Shown here: positions 15,001-25,573 of the stretch, piece by piece
How positions within the stretch are numbered: position 1 is the stretch's first letter
Layout: the number at the start of each line of letters is the position of its first letter
Assembly: GCA_051294905.1 (NCBI GenBank)
Contig: CM119372.1
Location: 9,984,001-10,048,000, forward strand
Source: Botryllus schlosseri
Taxonomy: Eukaryota
Direction: 5' to 3'
Length of the DNA: 64,000 bases
The notes under the pieces: generated by a model
Seen by the model: only the letters and a program-made list of their open reading frames with translations
Databases searched by the model: none
Told to the model about the DNA's origin: nothing
Translations under genes and position numbers: made by a program

Positions 15001-18000
15001 TTTAAAGAGTGGACATCAGTTGAACGAATTTGAGGAGCAATCCAAGACTATTGAAAAGAAATATTTGTTGCCAAAATTCGCAATACAAATGAACTGCTCA
15101 GTAATCACGCAGATATCATACTGGATACAGTTTTTTTTTCTGCAATAAGTTGTGCGTGACAGAAGGGTGTATTTCATAGAATAATTGAGTAATGGAATGG
15201 AAAGTTGCACATGACGTTACCACCAATTTTACTCTGGCACAGCTAGTATACTTCCTGGATCGTTAACAATTTTTGTGAAATTTTACCAGCAAACATTCAT
15301 AAAAATCTTTATCACAAAGATAACCGATTGCAATAGAATCAAATTCATTCTCTAAGGATATACCAGTTCACTTACAAAACATCGTGATGCTTACCAGTAT
15401 TCCATACAGCAAATGCATTTCAAAAAGGTGCCAAGTTCAATACATACTACCTGCAAAATAGAGTTTAGTTCAGTTACCGTATCACAATAAACTCAGAAAA
15501 GTCAAATTCGGGGATTGGGCAAAACAAATACTACCCCTTGTGATCCATGGTTTGTTGAAAAGATTGTTTGTTTGGCTGTGCTATTATTGGGGCGATTTTT
15601 TGGACCTAAAAAGGTAAGATTTTGACTAAAAAATTCAAATTCACACATATTTTGATGATGAAAAACTTAATTTTGACCCCATGTACTTAAATTAGGTGTT
15701 TCTCACATAGTGTTAGAATTGTATTACCGGAACTTAGCTTTATTTCTGGCTGGAGCTGTCTGTTCTTCCGAAGTAATTTGACCTGAAAAAATCTTTTAGC
15801 ATGAAAATTGACAAATTTTTACATGAAAAAGAACTTATTTTATCGAAATCTGGACCCATGAATAATTCTAGTATTAGTTACATCTCGTATTATGGTAGAA
15901 ATAATTAAAAATTTGTTGTAGTACAACAAAAGATACTTTCCGACATTTTCGGGTAGAAAGTGTCTGTCCTAACTAAGTAGCTTGGCAAGAATGAAGAAAG
16001 AACGTTCATCAGCTGCAGTTGTTGGCCGGCAACACTGAAGTTGTGCGTACACTGCACTCTCTCTCTCTCTCATTATGACAAAGTTGTCTACATCGCAATT
16101 ATTCATCATACGGTTTCTAATAGAAGAACCAATGCCCACGCAGTCTTGCTTCAGTTAGGATAGTGCAATAGGCTACGTTGAGTATTTGTTTCATTTGACA
16201 GTTTATGATTCACAATGAGCAGACGATGGTCCGTCTACAACGGTAGGACTATAAAGTAGGCTACAAGATGTAAATTGTAAAATGATAAGTTCACCGACAG
16301 TGCAGTCATCTATGATGCAAGTTGCCAACAAAATTTTGATTTTGTAAAGAATTTTGGCAATTTTTTACCTGACGGTACAATTTTGACAAAATTCTGACCT
16401 ATTTTGACATTTCAAAAAAAATCGCTTTAGTTAACACCTTACCACTTGGAATAAACAGTAGGCCTACAGTGTAAAATGTCTTGCAGTTGAAAAACAATCA
16501 AAACCGTTGCATGACTGTCATACCGGCATTCAATTGCTGACATTGCAGTACTTGTCCACAATGGACCACAATATCGCCTACATAGTGATATTTCAGTGTG
16601 GATAGAGAGAACATCCCTTTATCCATATGTCAAAAAAGTTACTTTTATAGCAGCTTCCCATCAGTACCGTAGTACTGGACCTGGTCGCAGCCTGGTATAT
16701 TATCAGATTCGAAGCTCGATCATCCAGCAATAAAATCAGACGAATCATATACTGCAAAACATCTGAAGAACATTTATATGAATAAGGGATATCAGTAGCC
16801 TGCTAAAACATCTAAAACAAACGACGTTACTGCAATGTCAAAACGAGTTAATTTTATGACTATTCTCACATTACATACATTCAATAACATTTACCGCATT
16901 TCCATACCTTACAGTACATGGATGTTATGATCCTTTACGCCATCAGGTAGCAGAAACTGCTTCAATATATCCATTTCGCCAAGTTTTTTCGTGTACCCTA
17001 CTCTCTGCCTGAAGCCTGACGAACCACCAATTCAAATCCAAACTGAAATCGAGCGCGCTCTACCGTAACGAAGGTTGTGACCCTTCCGCGTCACAGGGAA
17101 ATATGTATATTTCATTGAAATATTACCCTTAAACTTAGTGTTGGGTCAAGTGAGTAATATTATTTTACATATACCGTGATTTCATGTGATCTCCAAACGT
17201 AGCGATGGTTTATGAATGCAAAATTGATGATAAATAACCAGGTATAAATTTTCTTGAAAATAAGCCGCACTGGCGAAGTGTTACATGTAAACGGAGAAAT
17301 ACGCAGAAGCGTTGCGACGATAATGGCCCAATGCGTTTATATGCCCAAAAAGTGTGTCTGTACGCAGAAAAAAGTGTTATGAAGTGTTCAATACGACCTT
17401 GCGGATTTACAGTGTAGTTCTGGAAGGTTTACTGACTTCTCTCTTGCCTGGTTCTGGGTTCAAGCATTCTCTGAGCGAAGGCATACGCACTTGTGACGTT
17501 TAAATCATAACCCGTCCTGAACTTAATAAAGTATATAGGCATATATACGGATATACCTCATGAATTCTTCTGTCAAATAACAGGTACGGACAGTTTACGC
17601 TGTTCCAGAAGCTCGGGTATTCTCTGTTCCTCTATATACCTTTGATCCTCGTCCTATTTATATCTGTTCTCACTTGCCGTCGATTGTATGCTACTAACCA
17701 CTTCTCGATCACGCCAATAACAAAGAAAAAGCTGCAAAAAGAAAAACAAGCCGTTCTTCAATTGACACTCATCGTAGTATCGTTTATGGTGGGATATCTC
17801 CCGTTTACAGGTATATGTCGAATTTACTGACTTTTTACCAAAATACATGCTATGCGCTGAAAGTACAACCCTGCCGCAAGTTAACTACAATATCAGGTCA
17901 CTAGTCAAGAAGAAGGGAAAATCTGAGAAATCTGAGAAAAGAACTATCTAGCTTTTTTAGACATCTCCCTTCCAACAAAGGACAAATTTGAGAAATAAGG

Positions 18001-19923
18001 ACTGTATGGCAAACCTGTTTATATGCCGAGACCCAGCCATCTGGTTCATGAACCACGACTAAGCCCTATAATTTCTCACAGCTCTTTGTAACACTGCCGG
18101 CCTTGAACTGACCACCTAGATTACATATATAAATCACCAGACATCTGTGATAACGGCTGTCCTAAGATTATAATCCTGCAAGATTTACTGCGCTATATGA
18201 TAGGGTTACCATACGTCCTCTTTTAAAAGGATTTGTCCTCTATTTTGACTTTGTGAAAGAGTCCTCGGAAGACGCCCAAATGTCCTCTTTTTTGAGATTT
18301 GGTCCTCTTTTTTTAGATTTGGTCCGCTTTTTTTGGAATTTTGGTTAAATAGGGCAAAATCTGACTGACATAGAGTAAATCAGCACTGAAGTGACGCCGC
18401 GGCGACTATTTCGCGAGCTGAGCCTGAAAGTTGACCTTTTTAAGTTAACTGACCACTAAGTGGGAAAAATTTACCATTTCGTCAGGATTCTCATCCGGTA
18501 TCGCAAGTTTGAAAATTGGAAAAGTGTCCTCTTTTCAGATTTCCAAAATATGGTAACCCTACTATATAATATCTCAACTGGAGACTCTACTGCAGTGGTT
18601 CCCAAACTTTTTCGAATTGTGGCACGCTAGTAAAATTGAAAGCGGTCACGTCACACTAACAAGAGAATAATCGTTGCTTCAAAAACAAAAATATGTTTTC
18701 ACGTTTAATTACGGCTGGGCAAGATCGAGTGTACCTGAGTGATTAGATTATGAGGCTAGAATACTTAACTTCGATTCGAGTATAAGATGCGATGACGTCA
18801 TAATAGTAATCACCACTTGAAAAGTACCAATATGTAGCGGTTGTAGCCTATCCAGTTTTTAATGCTGAGCTACGGTCAACTAAGGCTTCACGGCTCCAAA
18901 GGCGGGGCTACATCATCGGAACTATATTTCTCTTCCATGTTACATTACTCTTGGTGTAAAGGTGTATATTTTCATTAGCGGAAGAAATTTCGCCTCACTA
19001 CTCGACTCGAATCATTACAATTGATACTCAGTTCAAGACAATCCCTCTCGTTTACAACTTTTGATAGTGTCAAAACCGGGGCTGTGTGTTTTAGTCCATG
19101 GAACCATACTTACCCTATATTTTCAATTGTCAATATCAATCCGCGGTGTCGTCGTAATTAAAGATACGTGACGTTATAGCTAAAAAAACAATAAAAAAAT
19201 GTTTTAGACATGCTTGTATAATTTGATTTTTGTTAACCCAAGGGGTTGGGGTTCGAAATCAAAATCCAGTCATGCTGAAAGGGCAATTCTATCTCCAATA
19301 TTTTAGCTCATTTGCAATTAAGACACAGCAACAACAACTGTTTCGTTTCGTTGGAGCAATACGAAAGCGCGTTCTAAGAAGAAGCCTCGCATTGCAAATT
19401 GGTCTCTGAAAGGGAATAGCAGAAGTCTCAATACATGTTTATTACTGTTCGCGAAATCATAGCGAATATGAAATCATATTTCAATGCGTTTGTTCCTTTA
19501 ACAAGCTGTTGACGCACAGCTCATTTCACGCACCTGCAATCTATAGCAATGTATTGGGTGTGTATACTTATATGCATAAATGTCGTCGAATTTATTATAA
19601 AACGTGAAGAGCCGCTTACCTATATATTCAGTAGGATTCGTGCACAAAGTAAATATTTACCTTTTCCAGCATATGAGTTCTGGTCGGTGCAATATCATGG
19701 AAGTTCTCAGTATTACCTAGCAGTTGAATACTACTTCGGAGCAACTGAGTATATTCTCCTACGTTTATCCGAGTGCATGAATCCTGTCTTCTACAATCTC
19801 GGCTCTACGAAGATGAGGAAGCACAGCGTTCTTTTCATTCGGGAACTATTCAAGCTGAAGCCAAAATCGAAGCGATCAGCTGTAGCCAGTCCTTATCATG
19901 GAACAGGCAATACCAATGTATAA
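27..19923 (+). CDS. Class A (rhodopsin-like) orphan GPCR, paralog 1; 7 coding exons, 363 aa
   Basis: Exons 27-109, 3451-3579, 3644-3773, 3843-3971, 10609-10748, 17584-17810, 19670-19923; all introns GT..AG, phases compatible, total 1092 nt without internal stop. N-terminus MNRT..ANAT has N-glycosylation sequons; TM1 GIVLN, TM2 LCLSD, ECL1 W..C, TM3 FRL in place of DRY, TM4 W, ECL2 Cys, TM5 YIP, TM6 GYLP, TM7 NPVFY. Confidence 0.93.
1166..2511. mobile_element. Non-autonomous hAT (Charlie-like) element
   Basis: Ends CAGGGGTGGGCAAAC / GTTCGCCCACCTCAG, perfect 8-bp TSD CCCTAGGG (1158-1165, 2512-2519), GCGGGCCGC subterminal motifs. Confidence 0.85.
1850..2166. mobile_element. hAT MITE nested in 1166-2511
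   Basis: Ends CAGTGGTTCTCAGAC / GTTTGCGAACCCCTG, TSD CCTTAGAA/CCTCAGAA; related copy near 12180-12470. Confidence 0.75.
2580..3340 (+). mobile_element. 5'-truncated non-LTR retrotransposon of the RNase H-bearing I group
   Basis: ORF 2592-3131 has the RNase H end WIPGHVGIHGNEKADRLAK and C-terminal zinc knuckle CSYC..ETVEHFLICCP; AATAAA+(CAA)n tail; 14-bp TSD CCATGGCCACATAA (2566-2579, 3341-3354). Confidence 0.92.
4872..6154. mobile_element. hAT (Tip100-like) non-autonomous element
   Basis: Ends CAGGGCCGTAAC / GTTACGGTGCTG, perfect 8-bp TSD CTTGTAGC (4864-4871, 6155-6162); internal direct repeat of about 200 bp (approx. 5035-5230, 5375-5570). Confidence 0.8.
7827..9258 (+). mobile_element. 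Chapaev-3-like (CMC) transposon relic
   Basis: Degenerate frames KLKYAIFDGSQIR, HKAPNYKQLV, GANMSIKSYFLFRHL, GERLHKYI..RYQ..MADYCW match recalled Chapaev-3 C-terminal motifs; ends TATTGGTCAAC / GTTGATCAGTG; empty site in the related element at approx. 30228. Confidence 0.72.
10885..11047 (-). mobile_element. tRNA-derived SINE
   Basis: Minus strand: A-box-like GGCGAGACAGCGTATGG, B-box GGTTCGAGACC, body GTGTTGGAGG..GGCTCCTC similar to the SINE at 53146. Confidence 0.6.
13410..15460 (+). repeat. Diverged direct tandem duplication (approx. 13410-14470 and 14600-15460)
   Basis: Shared strings such as TAGGACTGCAAAAACCAGCA, GACTCCTCACGTCACT, TTTTACCAGCAAACATTCATAAAAAT. Confidence 0.8.
15589..16428. 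mobile_element. GGGCGATTTT-terminal element, uninterrupted copy
   Basis: Homologous to 4019-4668 plus 10070-10150 and to approx. 61842-62445. Confidence 0.65.
18201..18561. mobile_element. hAT Blackjack-like MITE
   Basis: TIR TAGGGTTACCATA / TATGGTAACCCTA, TSD CTATATGA/CTATATAA, GTCCTC subterminal repeats. Confidence 0.85.
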
Positions 19924-20242
19924 TGTTTATACCGCATTTCATTATTTCCCACTATCGCACAGAATACGGAATATCCATATGCGGCCCACAGAAATGCGAT
20001 TCCAACTTCCAATTTCCATGATATCCGCTTGATATTTAGGTGTATAAAATATCTCAATGCAAGGTTGTGTATCCGGCAATATTCGTGACTTCATCACAAT
20101 TCAGATTTCTTTGAAATAGCTTATCTGAGCTCTGTTTATGTTCTTAACTTCTTCAATATATAGTGAAGCGATTGGTTTGTTAAAAATACAGTCTGATATA
20201 TATCATGCATCTTCCATTTTAATTATCGCTTCCTCCGGTTTT

Positions 20243-20664
20243 TCCAAGTCGGACGTAGCCTGGATAGATGTCGGCGAAGCGCTTTTTTGGGTCGTTCTCC
20301 TACAATCTGCAGGTTAGACCGCACGGGCGCGATAAAGCTCAGATGAGACCAGAAATCCCACGTTTGGGTTGTTCCACCTAAATCTGGGTTTTTCGAGCAT
20401 CCCCTGGGATACTGTTCCCTGAAATCTCTTTTTAACGTTTGTTGATGGCCATATAGTCTTACCTACAAGCACCAAGTTTAAGTGGTAAACTAAATGTCAC
20501 TACACTATAACACAATGCAGAAACAAATAAAAAATCAATAATTTTGCCTAGGTATTGTCCAAGTCAGACGTAGCCTGGATAGATGTGGGGGAAGCTTTTT
20601 TTTAGTCATTCTCCTACAATCTGCAGGATAGAGCGCAGGTGCGCGATAAAGCTCAGATGAGACC
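20243..20664 (+). repeat. Two copies of an approx. 107-bp unit (20243-20350, 20558-20664)
   Basis: TCCAAGTC(G/A)GACGTAGCCTGGATAGATGT...GCGCGATAAAGCTCAGATGAGACC present twice. Confidence 0.85.
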
Positions 20665-20708
20665 GCTAGCGGTAGCCCGCGAGAACCAAATGAGTCGCCC
20701 GCGTTCGC

Positions 20709-21074
20709 AGTAACAAATATTCAAATGAGATATTTGAAAGTCGATGCGGAAAAGGGTTTCAGATGAACAGCAGTTGGGCACTGGTCAGTCGACCCACAGG
20801 AACATACGAATGCAGTTTTCGATCGGGGCGTTGGTCATCTGCGCCCAAGCGGGCGCTTAACGGGTAGCAAGGTAATATTCCCGAGTCTCGACACGGAGAT
20901 TGGTGTTTCGGCGGGCAGTGCGGCAACACAACTTAGCCCGGAGACGTTGGTGTGAGTCCCGGTAAGTGAGAGGGATTTGTTCTTGGTATAGAGGGAAACC
21001 CTGCCCAGCGCTCTGAATTTCTAAGACCTAAGTCCATAAATCCAACTGAGCACGGATAAACGGCGGAAGTAACT
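20709..21074 (+). pseudogene. Degenerate 28S rRNA fragments (two non-adjacent pieces joined)
   Basis: AGTAACAAATATTCAAATGAGA..GAAAAGGGTTTC..TGAACAGCAGTTG..GGTCAGTCG and CTGCCCAGCGCTCTGAAT..TAAACGGCGGAAGTAACT resemble conserved eukaryotic LSU rRNA cores; many substitutions, no rDNA context. Confidence 0.8.
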
Positions 21075-21774
21075 GATAGCCCGTCGCATTAATCAGTATA
21101 CAAGAAGTAGCTCTTGGTTTCAAACAGGTTCGTGGCCCCTGTTCTATATGCCCCCAATTGAAGCCTGACAAACTACTACACTACGTAGTACACACGTCGT
21201 GTTAAGAACATGAGACCCGAAGGAAACATATATCAGAATATTGAGCGCGGAAAATCACCTAATCATGGCACCCATTGCTACGTTTGAGCGTGACTAACAG
21301 AATTAAAGATTGGGATTTCAATATCAAGGGTTAAAAGTTACTTCTACATCGATATATGACTGTAGTTAATAATTGGAGATTTCCAGTTTCACTGTTATCT
21401 CATCACTATTGATAATTATCATCCAAAATCCAAAACCGACGCGTGAACATGCTTATGTCTTCCAATCCGAGTTAAATTTTCCATTGATCATCTACGCGCC
21501 CGTTTTCAGTACCAGCTCGGAATATTATCGGGTATAATGATGTTAGGAAGATGCGGAAAATGTCTGAACGAATGCGGCATACCGGCACACTCGAATTACT
21601 TTAAAAGTCGATGATGCGAAGAAGAATTAATCAGCGATGGTGAAAACTTCAACTCATTCCATCCAACTATAAGGTATAGGCATTAAAGCAGCTTTATGGT
21701 AGACTTGATCCCACCAGAAAGTTAAAAAGATTACTGGCGAGATTGGCCGATATTGCGATGGTGACTGGCTAATG

Positions 21775-24574
21775 CAGTGGTCGGAAACCTACGGCTCGCG
21801 AGCCATATATGGCTCTTTTGGGTATAAGATATGGCTCCTTGCCAAATATTTATTTTTGTACTGAATTGATCAATATTGCAGCGACTTGTAGGTAAATTTT
21901 CCTCACGACCAAAATAATTATTCTCGTGGCAGTATAAACATGTATTTGAGAGATAAAGACACTGTCGTCTTCAGGTTAAGGAGCTCAGACCCCCTCTTTC
22001 TAAAATCATAGTATATAAGTTACTGACACGCCGACGGTCAATATCACTCGCAAATTCTTTATACCTGACTCGAAATCTTGAATTGTGCGATACGTTGATT
22101 AATCAAAGAGCATAACAGACATGGCTACACCCATTTCAAAATGCAGTTTTCAAATACGCATTGTCTTTCTGATTAAGGACGAAATGAACTGTTGTGGATG
22201 TGACAATTACAAACTAGTATTACAAACAACGTCATAGCTATCCACGTTCTTGATTGGTAATTATAGCTCTGTGTAGAGCCGGCGATGAAATGCAGTGTTG
22301 GCGTGTAGCACAACGTTATTTTACTGCCGAATGCTTTGAGAATTGAGAAGTCGATAAGTATTTAGATTTTCGGGATCAGTGTGGCAGTCACATTCGATTA
22401 ATATCAGTTATAATAAATTCTAAGGTACTTACGACTAATTGCGTTATCAATTGTGAGGCTTGGCCCGTTTGTGCCTTATTACGTCTCGTTTCGAGCTTTA
22501 TTTTCGAACAATAAATTCCAGTTTTTACAGAGAAAATATGGCACACGCGAGGAATCCCATGCTGTTGTGCAGGGGCGTCGAACACATGGCCCGAGGGCCG
22601 TATTCGGCCCGCGAAGCAATTCTGAGTAGATTTTTTTTATTTTTATATTTTCCAACACGTTTCCAGGAAATACTTCCATGTTAATAGGCCCCATTATAAC
22701 CACCCGACTACGGCGATGCGGCGGTTTCACTCTATAGTTACCACTAATAACAATTAAGTCTCTGAAATTGACATCCAATTTCAAGCAGGTTAAAAGTGCA
22801 CACTGCGTTCAGAGTTTTATACAAATATGGACCGAAAAGTAGTTATTCACAGAAGCGAAAATGCCAATGAAGAACCGTTGTATGCAGGTTATATGGAAAA
22901 TATATATTAGTTGCACAAATATATAATTGAAATATCTATGGTCATTATGATCGCAATGCTGCGTAACTTTCGACCCAATCTAGGGATGGTGTGAACCTCT
23001 GAAAGGTTCAGGTTCGTGTGAACGCGAACCTTTTTGAAAGGTTCTGTATGAATACGAACATGAACCTCGTGACGTCACATGACGTCATATTGCTAATTCC
23101 AACCCTATCTTCCAATGAAGTGATAGCCTATATTAATGTACACGATACCTAGCGAAGACTCGGTCCACATAATGCCACAATGCTGAAGTACATATTGGCG
23201 TTTTAAACGTCGCTAAATGTATCAACCGCGGTAATCAAAGGATACAATAATTGCATAAAATCAATACATTCCGTCGCTTTGCCAACAATTTCGACGAGGA
23301 CTTACCAGGGAATATAAGCTTGCGCCTTACCGGTCTTAGCCAGACCGGACAATGTGTTCGGAGGCTGAGTATTGCTACATTGATATTGAGCAGAGTGTAA
23401 AACGGGTTTCTATACTCGCTACCGATACCAAAAACAACAACAAGTTATGCAGTAGCAAGCACCTTAATCGCACGGATTTGGTTTTAATGATGCAGTAAAG
23501 ATGTGAAGTCAAGATTGACCCCGTACGCCCGTTCGATTTGTTACATCAGAAGACGATATCAATGTCATTGATTGGTTGAGTAAGCATCATTTGCTGACTA
23601 CATTTATATCGCTCCTGATGTTGTGTGATTGCGGGACAAGCTCACAGCTGAGAGTCACAAAATATTCACCAACGGAAAGCTGGTTTTTCCGAGAAAATTT
23701 TTGCAACAAAGCAAGTAAAACTTTTAAGGTTGTCGAGGTGCATGGTGCATTATCGTTTAGCGTTGATTTTTTTTATGCTGCCAGCACCATGCATGGAGTG
23801 GCACGCAGTTGAAATGCAATAAATTTGAGTCAAAAGATCTTATAATGTAGTGAAAATCACAATTTAATAAAAGGTTCACAGTGCAGAACCTATACCAAGG
23901 TTCTGTTGTGAACGCGAACCTCTAGATTTCCGAGGTTCACACACAGAACGCGAACGTGAACCTCGCGTTCACACCATCCCTACTATGCCCCCTAATATTA
24001 GAGAAACCGGACTCGCGGTGTATTAATGATAAACTAAATTGCAACGTCCGCGTTTCCAATTAAATATCTTGGATTTCTCACATCGTATATGCAGAGCCAA
24101 GGCGACATTGCGGCTAACTCAAAGGGAGTATAGAGTATACCAATTTATATCGTCGCTACCGCCACTGTTCTAGCGGTTCTGAACTGTATTCAACCGGACA
24201 ATCATCGTATTTTACCAATTCCATTGTCCGTGGATAAAAGTGTTGCGACTTGCTACTTTAAAAAACCTATAATCCGTGTAGTATCTACATAAGCTTTTGA
24301 GGTATTTCAAGTGAAAACCAAGACAACGAGGTAACATTTTGGAATCAGTTGACTGGTACGGCTCGCGAGCGATTAGAAGGCTTGAATCCGGCCCGCGACG
24401 CGATTTGAGTTTGACACCCCTGCTGTAATAGTGAGTTTGAATTAGTGCTACCATGACGTCACGAATTTTCAATTGTGACGTAACAGTTGGTTGGCATGTA
24501 TGGCTCTTTGAAAGTTGATATGGAAAAAATAGGGCAAATATGGCTCTTCGCACAAAAAAGGTTCCCGACCACTG
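21775..24574. mobile_element. hAT (Charlie-like) element with two nested insertions
   Basis: Ends CAGTGGTCGGAAACCT / AGGTTCCCGACCACTG, TSD GGCTAATG/GGCCAGTG; contains 22570-24422 (CAGGGGCGTCGAAC / GTTTGACACCCCTG). Confidence 0.8.
22981..23982. mobile_element. hAT Ac-like MITE
   Basis: Perfect 16-bp TIR TAGGGATGGTGTGAAC, GTGAAC/GCGAAC subterminal repeats; a right-end copy at approx. 36050-36340 ends about 150 bp upstream of the paralog 2 ATG. No TSD seen. Confidence 0.75.
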
Positions 24575-24871
24575 GGCCAGTGGCTACGCTGAACTGACTG
24601 AAGGATCAAGAATAGATGCGAACATCGATTCACTCAAACGTGTGAATCAATAATCGTATTCCGTCGCTTAATGCTATGTCTCAGTATAAATCACTTAGGT
24701 TCCGCGGCATTGAAAATCGCTCCTTTGAGCGAGCATAAACCGATAAAACGAAGCTTAAGTCTTTATTTGGGGTACCATCGTACAGTACGCGTCTAGGCTT
24801 ACAGACCTACAGATGTAATAAAACTATATCCCCAACAAAGAATACGTTGAAATGCAAATATACATACTGAC

Positions 24872-25573
24872 CATCGCATATTCGCCGTGCAAGCCGGCCA
24901 CCTGGCATCTTGAGAATCGCTGTGGTGAAAGAAAGAATGTGCATAGCCGTGGAAAAGGAAGTAGTGATGTCTAACGCCCAGTAGAACTGTATGAACGAAA
25001 GCATGTGATGAAAACGTATTTTTGAAAAACCAATGCGCCGTGTTTGGGCTTCTATTTACACCCATTCTTCAATGTATTTACAATGTGCACACACCTACAT
25101 ATATTGGCCAGATATTTTCGGTGGGGAAACGTGTCGTTTCAATTGATTTCTACTGGAGCGATCACGGCGGAAGTACGGCTCGCAGATAAAGGCAACAAAG
25201 TTACACATTACTATGTGACGTCAGTGCAACAATAATATAACACCTTACTCGACACAGTAAATCGGGCAGCTCCCAGTTATCAAAACCTAACGTCCGCCGA
25301 TAACAAAACAGTGGACTGATGAGAGCAGATATCATGTGCGATACGCAAAGAGAAAATATCAACCACACAAACGCGTTTCTGCAATAAATTACATTCGATT
25401 GGAGGCACTGTTGGAATGCTTTGGGTTAGTAACGCTTTGCTCACCTCAATTCTTTATATTTAGAAATCGCCAGGACCGTTACCAAATTTAGGCAGAAGCC
25501 TGCGAAGAGAAACGCCAGAATGACGATAGCCGATATCCATATCACTTCGTCGATTAACGGCTTTTCGTACGGC
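24872..25573 (-). pseudogene. Inverted, more divergent GPCR paralog with an internal deletion
   Basis: Minus-strand exons 25573-25445 (PYEKPLIDEV..GFCLN..KELR), 25378-25249 (NAF..LCVSH..LGFDNWELPDLLCR), and a 115-nt fused exon 24986-24872: the first 63 nt of exon 4 (FYWALDITTSFSTAMHILSFT) joined out of frame to the last 52 nt of exon 5 (SDSQDARWPACTANMRW). Exons 6-7 not found. Confidence 0.85.

Larger units (their letters stand above)
11313..17414. mobile_element. 6.1-kb CACT-terminal (CACTA/EnSpm-like) element filling intron 5 of paralog 1
   Basis: TIR CACTGTAAAT / ATTTACAGTG flanked by TA on both sides; AAGTGTT subterminal repeats at both ends; paralog 2 intron 5 is only 329 nt. Confidence 0.6.

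Noticed and set aside
19755..19800. Receptors as opsins
   Set aside because: Position 7.43 is Arg, which cannot form the retinal Schiff base, and I see no other opsin signature.
20709..21074. Functional rRNA gene
   Set aside because: Short, deleted and mutated; no 18S/5.8S or rDNA unit context.
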